Below, piece by piece: positions 23,098 through 31,711 of a DNA stretch of 32,000 bases. Source of the stretch: an uncultured bacterium (GTDB taxonomy: Bacteria; Patescibacteriota; Gracilibacteria; UBA1369; PNNO01); NCBI GenBank assembly GCA_963704705.1, contig OY969931.1, positions 420,001 through 452,000 on the forward strand, given 5' to 3'. The notes below the pieces were generated by a model, which did not search any database, was not told the origin of the DNA, and saw nothing but the letters and a program-made list of their open reading frames with translations. Each line of letters begins with the position of its first letter. The first letter of the stretch is position 1. Made by a program: the position numbers and the translations under genes.

Positions 23098-24186
23098 TTA
23101 TTTACTCACTGTTTCTCCGGCCTCACGATGTACATAAACGGTTTGAGTAGGAAATGCCATTTCCAATTTCGCATTATCAAATTTCTCTTTGATATTTCTG
23201 TTAATTCTGTCTTTTGTAGCTAAAAAGAAATTGAAGTCAGTTGGATTTTTTACATAGTAAGTATATTCAAGTCTTAAAGAAGAAGGGTCGTATTCTGTAA
23301 AGAAAGCCCTGAATTCATCTGTGATATTTTTTTCTTTTTTCAAAATTCCTTTAATTATTTCTACTGCATTTTGAAGTTCCTTAGGAGACGTACTATAAAC
23401 AAGCCCAATTGTTCCATCAGCCCTTCTTGATGCTCTTTTTGACATGTTTTCCACAATTGCTTTTGCCAGATTACTGTTTGGAACTGAAATAATTGTTCCG
23501 AAAAAAGTTTCAATTCTTGTTGTTCTCATTCCGATATCCTTAATCACACCTTCATATTGATCGAATTTAATCACATCCCCGATTTTAAAAGGTTTATCAG
23601 CAACAATCGAAAGCGAACTAAAGAAGTTTCCAAGTGGGTCCTGAGCAGCCAAAGCAATAGCTAAACCTCCAATTCCCAGCCCTGCAACAAGTGCCCCAAT
23701 ATCATATCCGAATAAATTTAAAATCATACTTGCAGCAATAACCCAAATTGCAATATTTATAATTCTGGTTAATAAACGTGAAAGCTGAAAATCGACTCCT
23801 TTTTTTAAATGAAGCAATTTTGCAATATAATTGGAAATAATAAAATCCACCAATATCGTAATTCCCTGGAAAATTTTAATTATAAAAATAACCTGAACCG
23901 CTTTTTCAACAATCGAAAGAATGCTTTCAGGTAAAACAAGCGATCTTATCCCAAAATAGAAACCCGCAAGTATTAAAACAAATACTACAACCGTATTAAT
24001 AATTGAAACAATTGTATCATCAAGCTTGGTTTTGGTTTTTTTTGCGAATTTTTCAAATATTTTTTTAATAGAAATTCTTAAAACAGATGCTGCAAAAAGA
24101 AAAATCACAAATATAATTACCGCAGTTAAGTAGTTCTGTATTGTGTTTCCAAAATAAGAGTATTGAAGGAATTGTATTGAAGGCAT
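23098..24186 (-). CDS. mscS: MscS-family mechanosensitive channel
   Basis: Several N-terminal TM helices are followed by the MscS core: GALVAGLGIGGLAIALAAQDPLGNFFSSLSIVADKPFKIGDVIKFDQYEGVIKDIGMRTTRIETFFGTIISVPNSNL. Confidence 0.9.
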   Translation of the reverse strand: MPSIQFLQYSYFGNTIQNYLTAVIIFVIFLFAASVLRISIKKIFEKFAKKTKTKLDDTIVSIINTVVVFVLILAGFYFGIRSLVLPESILSIVEKAVQVIFIIKIFQGITILVDFIISNYIAKLLHLKKGVDFQLSRLLTRIINIAIWVIAASMILNLFGYDIGALVAGLGIGGLAIALAAQDPLGNFFSSLSIVADKPFKIGDVIKFDQYEGVIKDIGMRTTRIETFFGTIISVPNSNLAKAIVENMSKRASRRADGTIGLVYSTSPKELQNAVEIIKGILKKEKNITDEFRAFFTEYDPSSLRLEYTYYVKNPTDFNFFLATKDRINRNIKEKFDNAKLEMAFPTQTVYVHREAGETVSK

Positions 24187-24245
24187 AAAATTGATATGTT
24201 AATTACATCTTTAATAACATAAATTATTTTTTAACAAATATAAAG

Positions 24246-24860
24246 ATGATCTGCGCCTCTATAAAAGCTAACACAATGGCTGAGGTGATTGAAAAGCTTG
24301 CAATGGTGCCAAATGAGTACGATTTGGTAGAGATTTGGATTAATGAAATTCAGGATATAGATATCGATGCATTAAAAGCACAAACCAAAAAATTAATGAT
24401 TATTAAGATTACAGATGTTACTGATAAAGAATTGATGAAAAAGATTGAAGATGCTGAATTTAGCTATCTTGATGTAGATGTTAAAGACCTGGAAATGTTT
24501 AAAAATTTAAAGGACGGAAGCAAAATTATCGGGTCATATCATGATTATGAAGGAACTCCAACTTTGGATGAAGCTCGCGAAATTGCTAAAAAGATTTACA
24601 ATTTGGGAGCTGATATTGCTAAAATTGTATTTTACGCAAAAAATTGCGAGGATAGTTTTGTACCTATTAATCTGTTAAAAGAAACTAAAATGCCATTAAT
24701 AGCTTTTTGTATGGGTCAAAAAGGAAGAATTAGTAGATTTTTAGGTGTACAATGCGGCTCATTAATTAATTATATTGCTCCGGATGAATCATGGCAAACA
24801 GCTGAGGGTCAATTTACTTTCGATGACTGGAATAAAATTCAGACGATACTTTACAGATAA
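24246..24860 (+). CDS. aroD: Short, divergent type I 3-dehydroquinate dehydratase-like protein
   Basis: The C-terminal half matches AroD: IGSYHDYEGTP (catalytic His region), GADIAKIVFYA (Schiff-base Lys region), IAFCMGQKGRISRF and TAEGQFT. The N-terminal half is shorter and divergent; I cannot see the R-x3-EGG motif. Confidence 0.7.
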   Translation: MICASIKANTMAEVIEKLAMVPNEYDLVEIWINEIQDIDIDALKAQTKKLMIIKITDVTDKELMKKIEDAEFSYLDVDVKDLEMFKNLKDGSKIIGSYHDYEGTPTLDEAREIAKKIYNLGADIAKIVFYAKNCEDSFVPINLLKETKMPLIAFCMGQKGRISRFLGVQCGSLINYIAPDESWQTAEGQFTFDDWNKIQTILYR

Positions 24861-24872
24861 CCTTTATTGCTC

Positions 24873-25967
24873 ATGTCGCTAAAGATAGGAATTGTTGGAC
24901 TGCCTAATGTAGGTAAATCTACTTTGTTTAATGCTTTAACTAAATCAAGTACAGCTGAATCTGCAAATTATCCTTTTTGTACAATTGACCCAAATGTGGG
25001 AATTGTTGAGGTTCCTGATGAAAGACTGGATGAACTTGCTAAGATTTGTAAACCTGAACAGATTATCCCGACAGTTATTGAATTTGTTGATATAGCTGGT
25101 TTAGTAAAGGGAGCCAGTGAAGGGGAGGGTCTTGGAAATCAATTTCTTTCACATATTCGTGAATGTAATGCAATTGCACAGGTTGTTCGTGTTTTTGAGG
25201 ATTCTGATGTAATTCATGTTCATGGAGAAGTGCATCCTCAAAAAGATCGTGAAATTATAGAAGCGGAATTGATTTTCGCTGATTTACAGACACTTGAAAA
25301 ACGGCTTCATAAAGCCGAAGGCGAAGCTAAATCAGGAGACAAAAAGAAAATGGAATACAGAGATATTTTAAAGAGTGTTGAAACTAATTTTCATCAGGGA
25401 AAACTTTTGGCGGATATGGAGTTAACCGAGGAAGAAAAAGAACAATTAAAAGATTTACATTTATTGACATCAAAACCCCTTCTTTATATTTGTAATGTTC
25501 ATGAAAAAGAAGTTGGTTCAATAAATATTGATGAACTCAGAAAAAAACTTGATATTGGTGAGGATAAGGTTTTAATTCCAATTTCAGCAAAAGTTGAAGA
25601 AGAACTTTCCGGATTCTCAGATGAAGAAGCAAAAGAATTTTTAAATGATCTGGGGTTAAAAGAAACAGGCTTAAATCAGCTTATTAAAGCAGCATATAAG
25701 ATGCTTGATTTAATTACTTATTTTACTGCCGGACCAAAAGAAGTAAGAGCATGGACAGTCAGGAACGGATCAAAAGCACCAAAAGCTGCCGGAGTGATTC
25801 ATACTGATTTTGAAAAAGGTTTTATTAAGGCTGAAGTTATTTTCTGGAAAGATTTTGTTGAAAGCGGCAGTGAAGCACAGGCTAAAGAAAAAGGCCGGAT
25901 GAGACTTGAAGGCAAGGAATATATAGTGCATGATGGAGATGTGATGCACTTCAAATTTAATAATTAA
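24873..25967 (+). CDS. ychF: Ribosome-binding ATPase YchF
   Basis: [23 protein letters not shown], the coiled-coil insertion and the C-terminal TGS-like region ([40 protein letters not shown]) are all present. I prefer the ATG at 24873 to the TTG at 24867. Confidence 0.95.
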   Translation: MSLKIGIVGLPNVGKSTLFNALTKSSTAESANYPFCTIDPNVGIVEVPDERLDELAKICKPEQIIPTVIEFVDIAGLVKGASEGEGLGNQFLSHIRECNAIAQVVRVFEDSDVIHVHGEVHPQKDREIIEAELIFADLQTLEKRLHKAEGEAKSGDKKKMEYRDILKSVETNFHQGKLLADMELTEEEKEQLKDLHLLTSKPLLYICNVHEKEVGSINIDELRKKLDIGEDKVLIPISAKVEEELSGFSDEEAKEFLNDLGLKETGLNQLIKAAYKMLDLITYFTAGPKEVRAWTVRNGSKAPKAAGVIHTDFEKGFIKAEVIFWKDFVESGSEAQAKEKGRMRLEGKEYIVHDGDVMHFKFNN

Positions 25968-25968
25968 C

Positions 25969-26670
25969 ATGGAAATAATTCCTGTAATTTATATTCTGGA
26001 AGGCAAAGCCGTTGCTTTATACAAGGGGCAGATTGAACAAAAACAAATCTATTCGAGGTCACCTTTGAATTATGCAAAGCAATTTGTCGATGAAGGTGCA
26101 AATAAAATTTATTTAGTGGATTTGGATGCTTCTGAATTTTTCAGGGACACAAATTTAGAATTATTACAAATTATCAGAAATGAAATAGATATTGATTTAA
26201 TGTTTGCCGGAGGCATAAGAACAATGGAAAAAGTTAAACGATCAGTTGATATGGGGATGAACTATATTGTACTTGGAGTTTCCGCTGAAAGTATTTATAA
26301 AGAAGCAATCGACACATATGATTCTGATAAAATTATTGTAGGTATCAAAGCAAAAGGAGATGAAGTAATAACCGATGAAAAAAGAGATTTTCCTTTAAGG
26401 GTTATTGATCTTGCTGAAACTCTGCCTTCTTATGGCGTAAAACAGGTCCTTTTTAAAGATTTATGGAAAGAAAGCACAATGATAGGTCCAAACTATGATG
26501 AACCTGATAGAATTTTACGGATGACCGGGCTTGAAGTTTTTTATTCGGGTGGAATAGGAAAAGAGAAAAATCTTAAAACATTAAAAGAAATAGGGGTTAA
26601 AGGTGCGATACTTGGTAAAGCCTTATATGAAAAAGTTCTTTATTTGGAAGATATAAAAGGGAATTATTAG
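25969..26670 (+). CDS. HisA/HisF-family (beta/alpha)8-barrel protein lacking the canonical catalytic aspartates
   Basis: IIPVIYILEGKAV..., ...IYLVDLDAS, FAGGIRT, VGIKAKGDEV, YSGGIGKEKNL and AILGKALYE parallel HisA's IIPAIDLxxGxxV, VDLDGA, GGGIR, xxDxxxGxV, GGI and VGRAL. It starts 1 nt after the ychF stop. Confidence 0.8.
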   Translation: MEIIPVIYILEGKAVALYKGQIEQKQIYSRSPLNYAKQFVDEGANKIYLVDLDASEFFRDTNLELLQIIRNEIDIDLMFAGGIRTMEKVKRSVDMGMNYIVLGVSAESIYKEAIDTYDSDKIIVGIKAKGDEVITDEKRDFPLRVIDLAETLPSYGVKQVLFKDLWKESTMIGPNYDEPDRILRMTGLEVFYSGGIGKEKNLKTLKEIGVKGAILGKALYEKVLYLEDIKGNY

Positions 26671-29042
26671 TTTTGTTTTTTGTAAGAAAAATATTCAGAA
26701 ATTATATAAGCGTAAATAAAAATAACCAAACCGGTAATTAGCAGCCAGTTTGCCTGTATTTTGTAAAAATAAATTTCAGCAAGAATCATTAATAATGCTA
26801 AATTTCCAATACAAAAAGTAATTACCCATAGTTTTTTACTTCCTGCCTCACGCAGTTCGGGAAAGCTCCTTCTGGTGATCTTTTTAATCATAATAACAAG
26901 GAATATAAGCATGACCAAACCACCGTAAAGTATGAATTTTTGAGGTAAATTGGAAATTTTATTAATCGCCAGTAAATAAGTTACTATTGGATGCGAAATC
27001 CAAATGGCAGTTGTTAAAACAGCAAGTGTCCAGAATATTTTTTTATTTTTATTCATACCTCTGCCCACTTCAACTATTTCTTCAACTTGTTCCAGCTGTT
27101 GGCATAAATAACTGAATTTTTCAAATGACTCCATTTCGAGATTAAGTATCATTGTGAAAACATTTTGAAATTTTCTTGGGGCTATTTTAAGGCTTATTAC
27201 ATTTATTTCATTGTCACTTAAAATAGCCAGTAAATCGCGGCCCGCTCCAATTCTGTCCATTGCTTTAATCTTAAGGCTTACTTGTTTCTTTTTAACCGGA
27301 GTTTTATTAAAAACTCTTTCAAATATACTTAATTTTTTTTCTTTAATAATGGTTTCACTCGGATAAATTCTGGTTAAAACATCAACAGGACTTATTGAAC
27401 CTTCTCCGATTCTTATGAAAATATCATCAAAAGTTCGTGTTTTAAATTCATTCTCATAATGTTTAATTAAATCTCTGACTTTTCTTTTTGGTGCATCTTC
27501 AAGTATACCAACCCCTGCACGATCAAAATCTTTTTGTAAAAGCCTTCTTCCTATACTTAATTTTTTTCTTCGACTATTTGTTCGTAGTGATTCACGTATT
27601 TTGTTTTTTGCCAGATTAGTTTTTGTGAAAATAAGCCATTCCCGACTTGGCCCTGTAGGTTGATCAGCGGTTATTATATTTACAATATCTCCGGTTTTTA
27701 AAGTTGTTGTTAATGGTGCAATTTGGCCGTTAACTTCAGCTTTTTGAGCATTGTCGCCAACTTCGGTATGAATAGAATATGCAAAGTCTACAGCAGTCGC
27801 TCCTCTGGGCAAATCTATTGTGTCGCCCTTAGGAGTAAAAGTGAAAATCCTGTCCTGAAAAATATCTATTTTAAGTGCTTCTAAAAAGTTTTCACTATCA
27901 TAATTTGCCTTTTGATATTCAAGAATTTTTTGCGCCCATTTGGAATGTTTTTCATTGAAATCACCATTTAAATGGCTATCTTTGTAGAAGTAATGTGCGG
28001 CAATACCATATTGGGCGTCCAAATGCATTTGCTGAGTTCTTATTTGGAATTCCGTTATTTGTCCTCTGACACCGAAAACTACCGTATGAAGACTTTGATA
28101 ACCATTTGATTTCGGCACTGCTATATAATCTTTAAACCGTCCTGGTTTTGGTTTGAATAATGAGTGAATTATTCCGAGCACCAAATAGCATTCCTTAATG
28201 TCATTTACAACAACTCTAATCGCTAAAAGGTCTTCTAATTCTTCGGGGGGTTTATCTTTTCTTAAACTCTTTTTAAATGCACTGTATCTGCTTTTTTCTC
28301 TGCCATAAATTTCATAATTCAGAAGTGATTCTTTTGAAAGTTCTCTTTTAATTATTTTAATTGTTTCATTCAGGATATTTTCCTGTCTTATTTTTGTTTC
28401 TGAAAGAATTTTTTCAATTCTTTCATATTCTTTTTGAAATAAATATTTAAAACATTCGTCTTCAAGTTGTTTTTTTATTTCTTCGATTCCAAGTAAATTA
28501 GCTATGGGAACATAAATTTCGAGTGTTTCTTTTGCTATTCTTATTCTTTTTTCAGGTTGGACATTATTTAAAGTACTCATGTTATGAAGTCTGTCTGCCA
28601 GTTTAATTAAAATAACTCTTGGATCTTTAGCACTATGAATTAATAATTTTTTTAAAGATTCTATCTGGCGTTCAGCCATATCGTGCCTATAATAAACTTT
28701 TGATAATTTTGTAATCCCATTTACTAAAAAAGCAATATTTTTACCAAATTGCTTTTCAATATCCCTAAGGGTTTTTTCAGTATCTTCAGGGACATCATGC
28801 AAAATTGCGGCTATCAAAGTATCTTCATCAACATGAAGTTTTGTCAATATTTGAGTAGCTTTAAGAGGATGTAAAATATAAGGAGTTCTGTTGTCTTTTC
28901 TGAACTGACCTTTGTGAGCTTTTAAAGCAAATTCATATGCTTCTAAAAATTTTGATTTGTTAAAATCCGGAAGGTATTTCTTCACGTTTTTCATAATAGC
29001 CTCAAGAGCCTTTTCTATATTTACATTTTGCACGTTTGTCAT
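26667..29042 (-). CDS. rel: Long RelA/SpoT homolog ((p)ppGpp synthetase/hydrolase) fused to a C-terminal four-helix membrane domain
   Basis: The HD hydrolase motifs are HPLKATQIL...ILHDVPEDT. The synthetase region is EIYGREKSRYSAFKKS...DLLAIRVVV...FKDYIAVPKSNGYQSLHTVV...EFQIRTQQMHLDAQYGIAAHYFYK. The TGS region is FTFTPKGDTIDLPRGATAVDFAYSIHTEVG, and the ACT-like region is VSLKIKAMDRIGAGRDLLAILSDNEINV. About 130 hydrophobic C-terminal residues follow. Confidence 0.93.
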   Translation of the reverse strand: MTNVQNVNIEKALEAIMKNVKKYLPDFNKSKFLEAYEFALKAHKGQFRKDNRTPYILHPLKATQILTKLHVDEDTLIAAILHDVPEDTEKTLRDIEKQFGKNIAFLVNGITKLSKVYYRHDMAERQIESLKKLLIHSAKDPRVILIKLADRLHNMSTLNNVQPEKRIRIAKETLEIYVPIANLLGIEEIKKQLEDECFKYLFQKEYERIEKILSETKIRQENILNETIKIIKRELSKESLLNYEIYGREKSRYSAFKKSLRKDKPPEELEDLLAIRVVVNDIKECYLVLGIIHSLFKPKPGRFKDYIAVPKSNGYQSLHTVVFGVRGQITEFQIRTQQMHLDAQYGIAAHYFYKDSHLNGDFNEKHSKWAQKILEYQKANYDSENFLEALKIDIFQDRIFTFTPKGDTIDLPRGATAVDFAYSIHTEVGDNAQKAEVNGQIAPLTTTLKTGDIVNIITADQPTGPSREWLIFTKTNLAKNKIRESLRTNSRRKKLSIGRRLLQKDFDRAGVGILEDAPKRKVRDLIKHYENEFKTRTFDDIFIRIGEGSISPVDVLTRIYPSETIIKEKKLSIFERVFNKTPVKKKQVSLKIKAMDRIGAGRDLLAILSDNEINVISLKIAPRKFQNVFTMILNLEMESFEKFSYLCQQLEQVEEIVEVGRGMNKNKKIFWTLAVLTTAIWISHPIVTYLLAINKISNLPQKFILYGGLVMLIFLVIMIKKITRRSFPELREAGSKKLWVITFCIGNLALLMILAEIYFYKIQANWLLITGLVIFIYAYIISEYFSYKKQN

Positions 29043-29112
29043 AATACTGTGTATGCTAAAATTAAACTCTTAAAGGTAGGCATAAAAATGCCATAAAACT
29101 AACGAAAAGTCA

Positions 29113-30222
29113 ATGAAAAAGCCCAAAAAGGTGCTTATTGCAATGTCAGGAGGCGTTGATTCCTCTGTTTCAGCAGCAATACTTAAAAATAAAGGGTACG
29201 ATCTTATAGGTATATATATGAACTTTTGGAGTGATCCAACGGTTTTTGAAGATGAAGATTTGGTGAAATTTCCTCAAAATAAATGCTGTTCAATTGAATC
29301 CTTGAATAATGCACGAAAAATCGCGATGCAGCTTGATATCCCGTTTTATGTATTGAATGTAAAAGATCGATTTAAAAAACAAATTGTTGATTATTTTATT
29401 GATACATACAGAATGTGTCGAACTCCGAATCCTTGTGTTGAATGTAACAGGAATATTAAATTCGGGTTTTTACTTGAACGAATGAAACAATTAAATTGCG
29501 ACTATGTTGCTACAGGTCATTTTGCCCAAATAAAAAAGAAATCAGATATTTATAGCTTATATATGGGTAAAGATAAAATTAAAGATCAGACTTATTTTCT
29601 ATACACTTTAAATCAGGAAAAGTTAAAACACATTTTATTTCCGGTTGGTGGTTTTACTAAGGAAAAAGTAAAAAAACTCGCAAGAAAATTTGAATTTAAA
29701 AAAACAGCGGAGAAAAAAGAAAGTCAGGGTGTATGTTTTTTTCCTGATAAAAAATATGAAGATTTTCTTAAACGTCATTTTGAAGAAAATGTTTTACAAA
29801 CCGGTCCGATATTAACTACAAAGGGCGAAAAAATCGGCGAACATAAAGGTTTGCAATTATTTACGGTTGGCCAACGTAAAGGCATTGAAATAGGAGGAGA
29901 AGAAAAACCATGGTATGTAGTGAGTCTGGATTATAAACGAAACGCATTAATTGTTGGTAAAAATAATGAACTTTTTCAGAAAAAATTTACAGTTAGTAAT
30001 TTAACATTCACAGAAAATGAATTAAAAGATGGTGAACATAAAATTAATGCCAGAATCAGATATAGATTTCCTCCTCAGAAAGCTGTTTTAACAAAAAACA
30101 ACAACACCGCTGAAATAGTTTTCGAAGAGCCCCAAAGAGCAATAACACCCGGTCAGTCAGTTGTATTTTATAGACGAAACAGAGTGCTTGGGGGTGGAAT
30201 AATAGAAGAAGTTATGGTATAA
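29113..30222 (+). CDS. mnmA: tRNA-specific 2-thiouridylase MnmA
   Basis: The PP-loop is VLIAMSGGVDSSVSA. The catalytic Cys regions are TPNPCVECNRNIKFG and SQGVCFF. DQTYFLY is present and the 369-aa length is typical. Confidence 0.95.
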   Translation: MKKPKKVLIAMSGGVDSSVSAAILKNKGYDLIGIYMNFWSDPTVFEDEDLVKFPQNKCCSIESLNNARKIAMQLDIPFYVLNVKDRFKKQIVDYFIDTYRMCRTPNPCVECNRNIKFGFLLERMKQLNCDYVATGHFAQIKKKSDIYSLYMGKDKIKDQTYFLYTLNQEKLKHILFPVGGFTKEKVKKLARKFEFKKTAEKKESQGVCFFPDKKYEDFLKRHFEENVLQTGPILTTKGEKIGEHKGLQLFTVGQRKGIEIGGEEKPWYVVSLDYKRNALIVGKNNELFQKKFTVSNLTFTENELKDGEHKINARIRYRFPPQKAVLTKNNNTAEIVFEEPQRAITPGQSVVFYRRNRVLGGGIIEEVMV

Positions 30223-30245
30223 TATAACACAATTATTACATATTT

Positions 30246-31094
30246 ATGCCGCCGAAAAAGACAAAAAAAATACAAGCAACTGATGATAAACATTTCACAA
30301 TTCATATTGGGCATGAAGAAGCGCAGCCTGCTAAACCAATTCAAAAATTCCACAAAACTTTAAAAGATGAAAAAATGGAAATTCAGCCTGAAAGTTTTAC
30401 TGATAAAATATGGGGATTCTTAAGGTTTATTTCAAGCGCTGCAATAATTTTTATTATTTTATTTTTTGTTATGAATTGGAATGCATACAGCACTTTAATC
30501 ATGAATAAACTTGGCTTTTTCAAGGCTGATCAGCAGGAACAGGAATACACTTTGCCAATACGCGGAAGCAATGATTTGATGGAATTAAGCAAAGATCCCG
30601 AAGTTCAAAAATCTCAGATACCGGATTTAAATTTGGAGGTTACTCCTCCTGATACGCGCATTGTTATTCCGAGAATAGGAAAGAATGTTCCGGTTGTTAC
30701 AATAAGTTCCGAAGCACTTATAAATCATGATTGGGATAAACTTGAGCAGCAAATACAGGAAGCTTTGCGTGACGGAGTGGTGCATTATCCTGAAACAGCG
30801 TTCCCGGGTGAAAACGGGAATATGGTTGTAACAGGTCACAGTTCGTATTTCGCTTGGGATCCAGGCCGATTTAAAGATGTTTTTGCACTTCTCCACGATG
30901 TGCAGATTGGAGATAAAATTTATGTATATTACGATCAGAAAAAATATGAATATGAAGTTTACGATACAAGAGTTGTTTTACCAACACAGGTTGATGTTTT
31001 AACACAAGAGGGCGGAGACAGGCTAACATTAATAACCTGCACACCTGTCGGGACAAATTTAAAAAGGCTGGTTGTTCTTGCAAAGCCTGTATAG
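30246..31094 (+). CDS. Sortase-family transpeptidase with an N-terminal membrane anchor
   Basis: It has the TM anchor IWGFLRFISSAAIIFIILFFVMNW, the catalytic His in MVVTGHSSYF, the TLxTC-type motif LTLITCTP and a conserved Arg in NLKRLVVLAKP. Confidence 0.85.
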   Translation: MPPKKTKKIQATDDKHFTIHIGHEEAQPAKPIQKFHKTLKDEKMEIQPESFTDKIWGFLRFISSAAIIFIILFFVMNWNAYSTLIMNKLGFFKADQQEQEYTLPIRGSNDLMELSKDPEVQKSQIPDLNLEVTPPDTRIVIPRIGKNVPVVTISSEALINHDWDKLEQQIQEALRDGVVHYPETAFPGENGNMVVTGHSSYFAWDPGRFKDVFALLHDVQIGDKIYVYYDQKKYEYEVYDTRVVLPTQVDVLTQEGGDRLTLITCTPVGTNLKRLVVLAKPV

Positions 31095-31097
31095 AAT

Positions 31098-31658
31098 TTA
31101 AAGCTGACTTAATTTCTTAAGAAGATCTTCTTCTGTAGCTGATTCTTTTTGTTCGTATGCTACTTCTTTTTTAGCTAGTTCTTCACGTTGTTGTTTGTTT
31201 TCAAATTCCTGCCATTCAGATAAATGTTTGTCATTAATCTTTGCAAGTTCTGTTTCATATTCAGCGTCCAGTTTTGACAATTGCTGTTTTTCATTTAACA
31301 AAATATCTCGCAATTTTTGAATCTGGTCTTCAGTCATGATAGGTAAAATCTGAAACCAGTATTCACGCTCTTCATCATCCATTGATTCAGTATTCAGAAT
31401 CAAAGTGATAAGTTCAGGATAATTCTGTTTAACTATTTGAGGAATATGAAATTTAGTAGCCTGAGCTTTAGGTGCTGGTTCAGCAGGAGATGTATTTTTT
31501 AAGCCAAGAAGTTCTTCTTCCTCCGACAAAATATTACTGTCTTTGGCTGATTCTTTTTCCATTTGTTGAACCTGAGATAAATTAATTACCTTTGCGTTGT
31601 CGTCTCCTTGAGCGCTGCCACTTGTTCCTTGATTATTTTGTGTATTTGAATCTGCCAT
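31098..31658 (-). CDS. Acidic coiled-coil protein (186 aa) ending in ...ATEEDLLKKLSQL
   Basis: The N-terminus is disordered and is followed by ESMDDEEREYWFQILPIMTEDQIQKLRDIL, a coiled coil and the C-terminal LLKKL motif shared with 22743..23078. I recognise no named family. Confidence 0.7.
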   Translation of the reverse strand: MADSNTQNNQGTSGSAQGDDNAKVINLSQVQQMEKESAKDSNILSEEEELLGLKNTSPAEPAPKAQATKFHIPQIVKQNYPELITLILNTESMDDEEREYWFQILPIMTEDQIQKLRDILLNEKQQLSKLDAEYETELAKINDKHLSEWQEFENKQQREELAKKEVAYEQKESATEEDLLKKLSQL

Positions 31659-31711
31659 TTTTATTGTTTGATTACTTATATATTATACATACAAATTAGG
31701 GTATACGTCAA

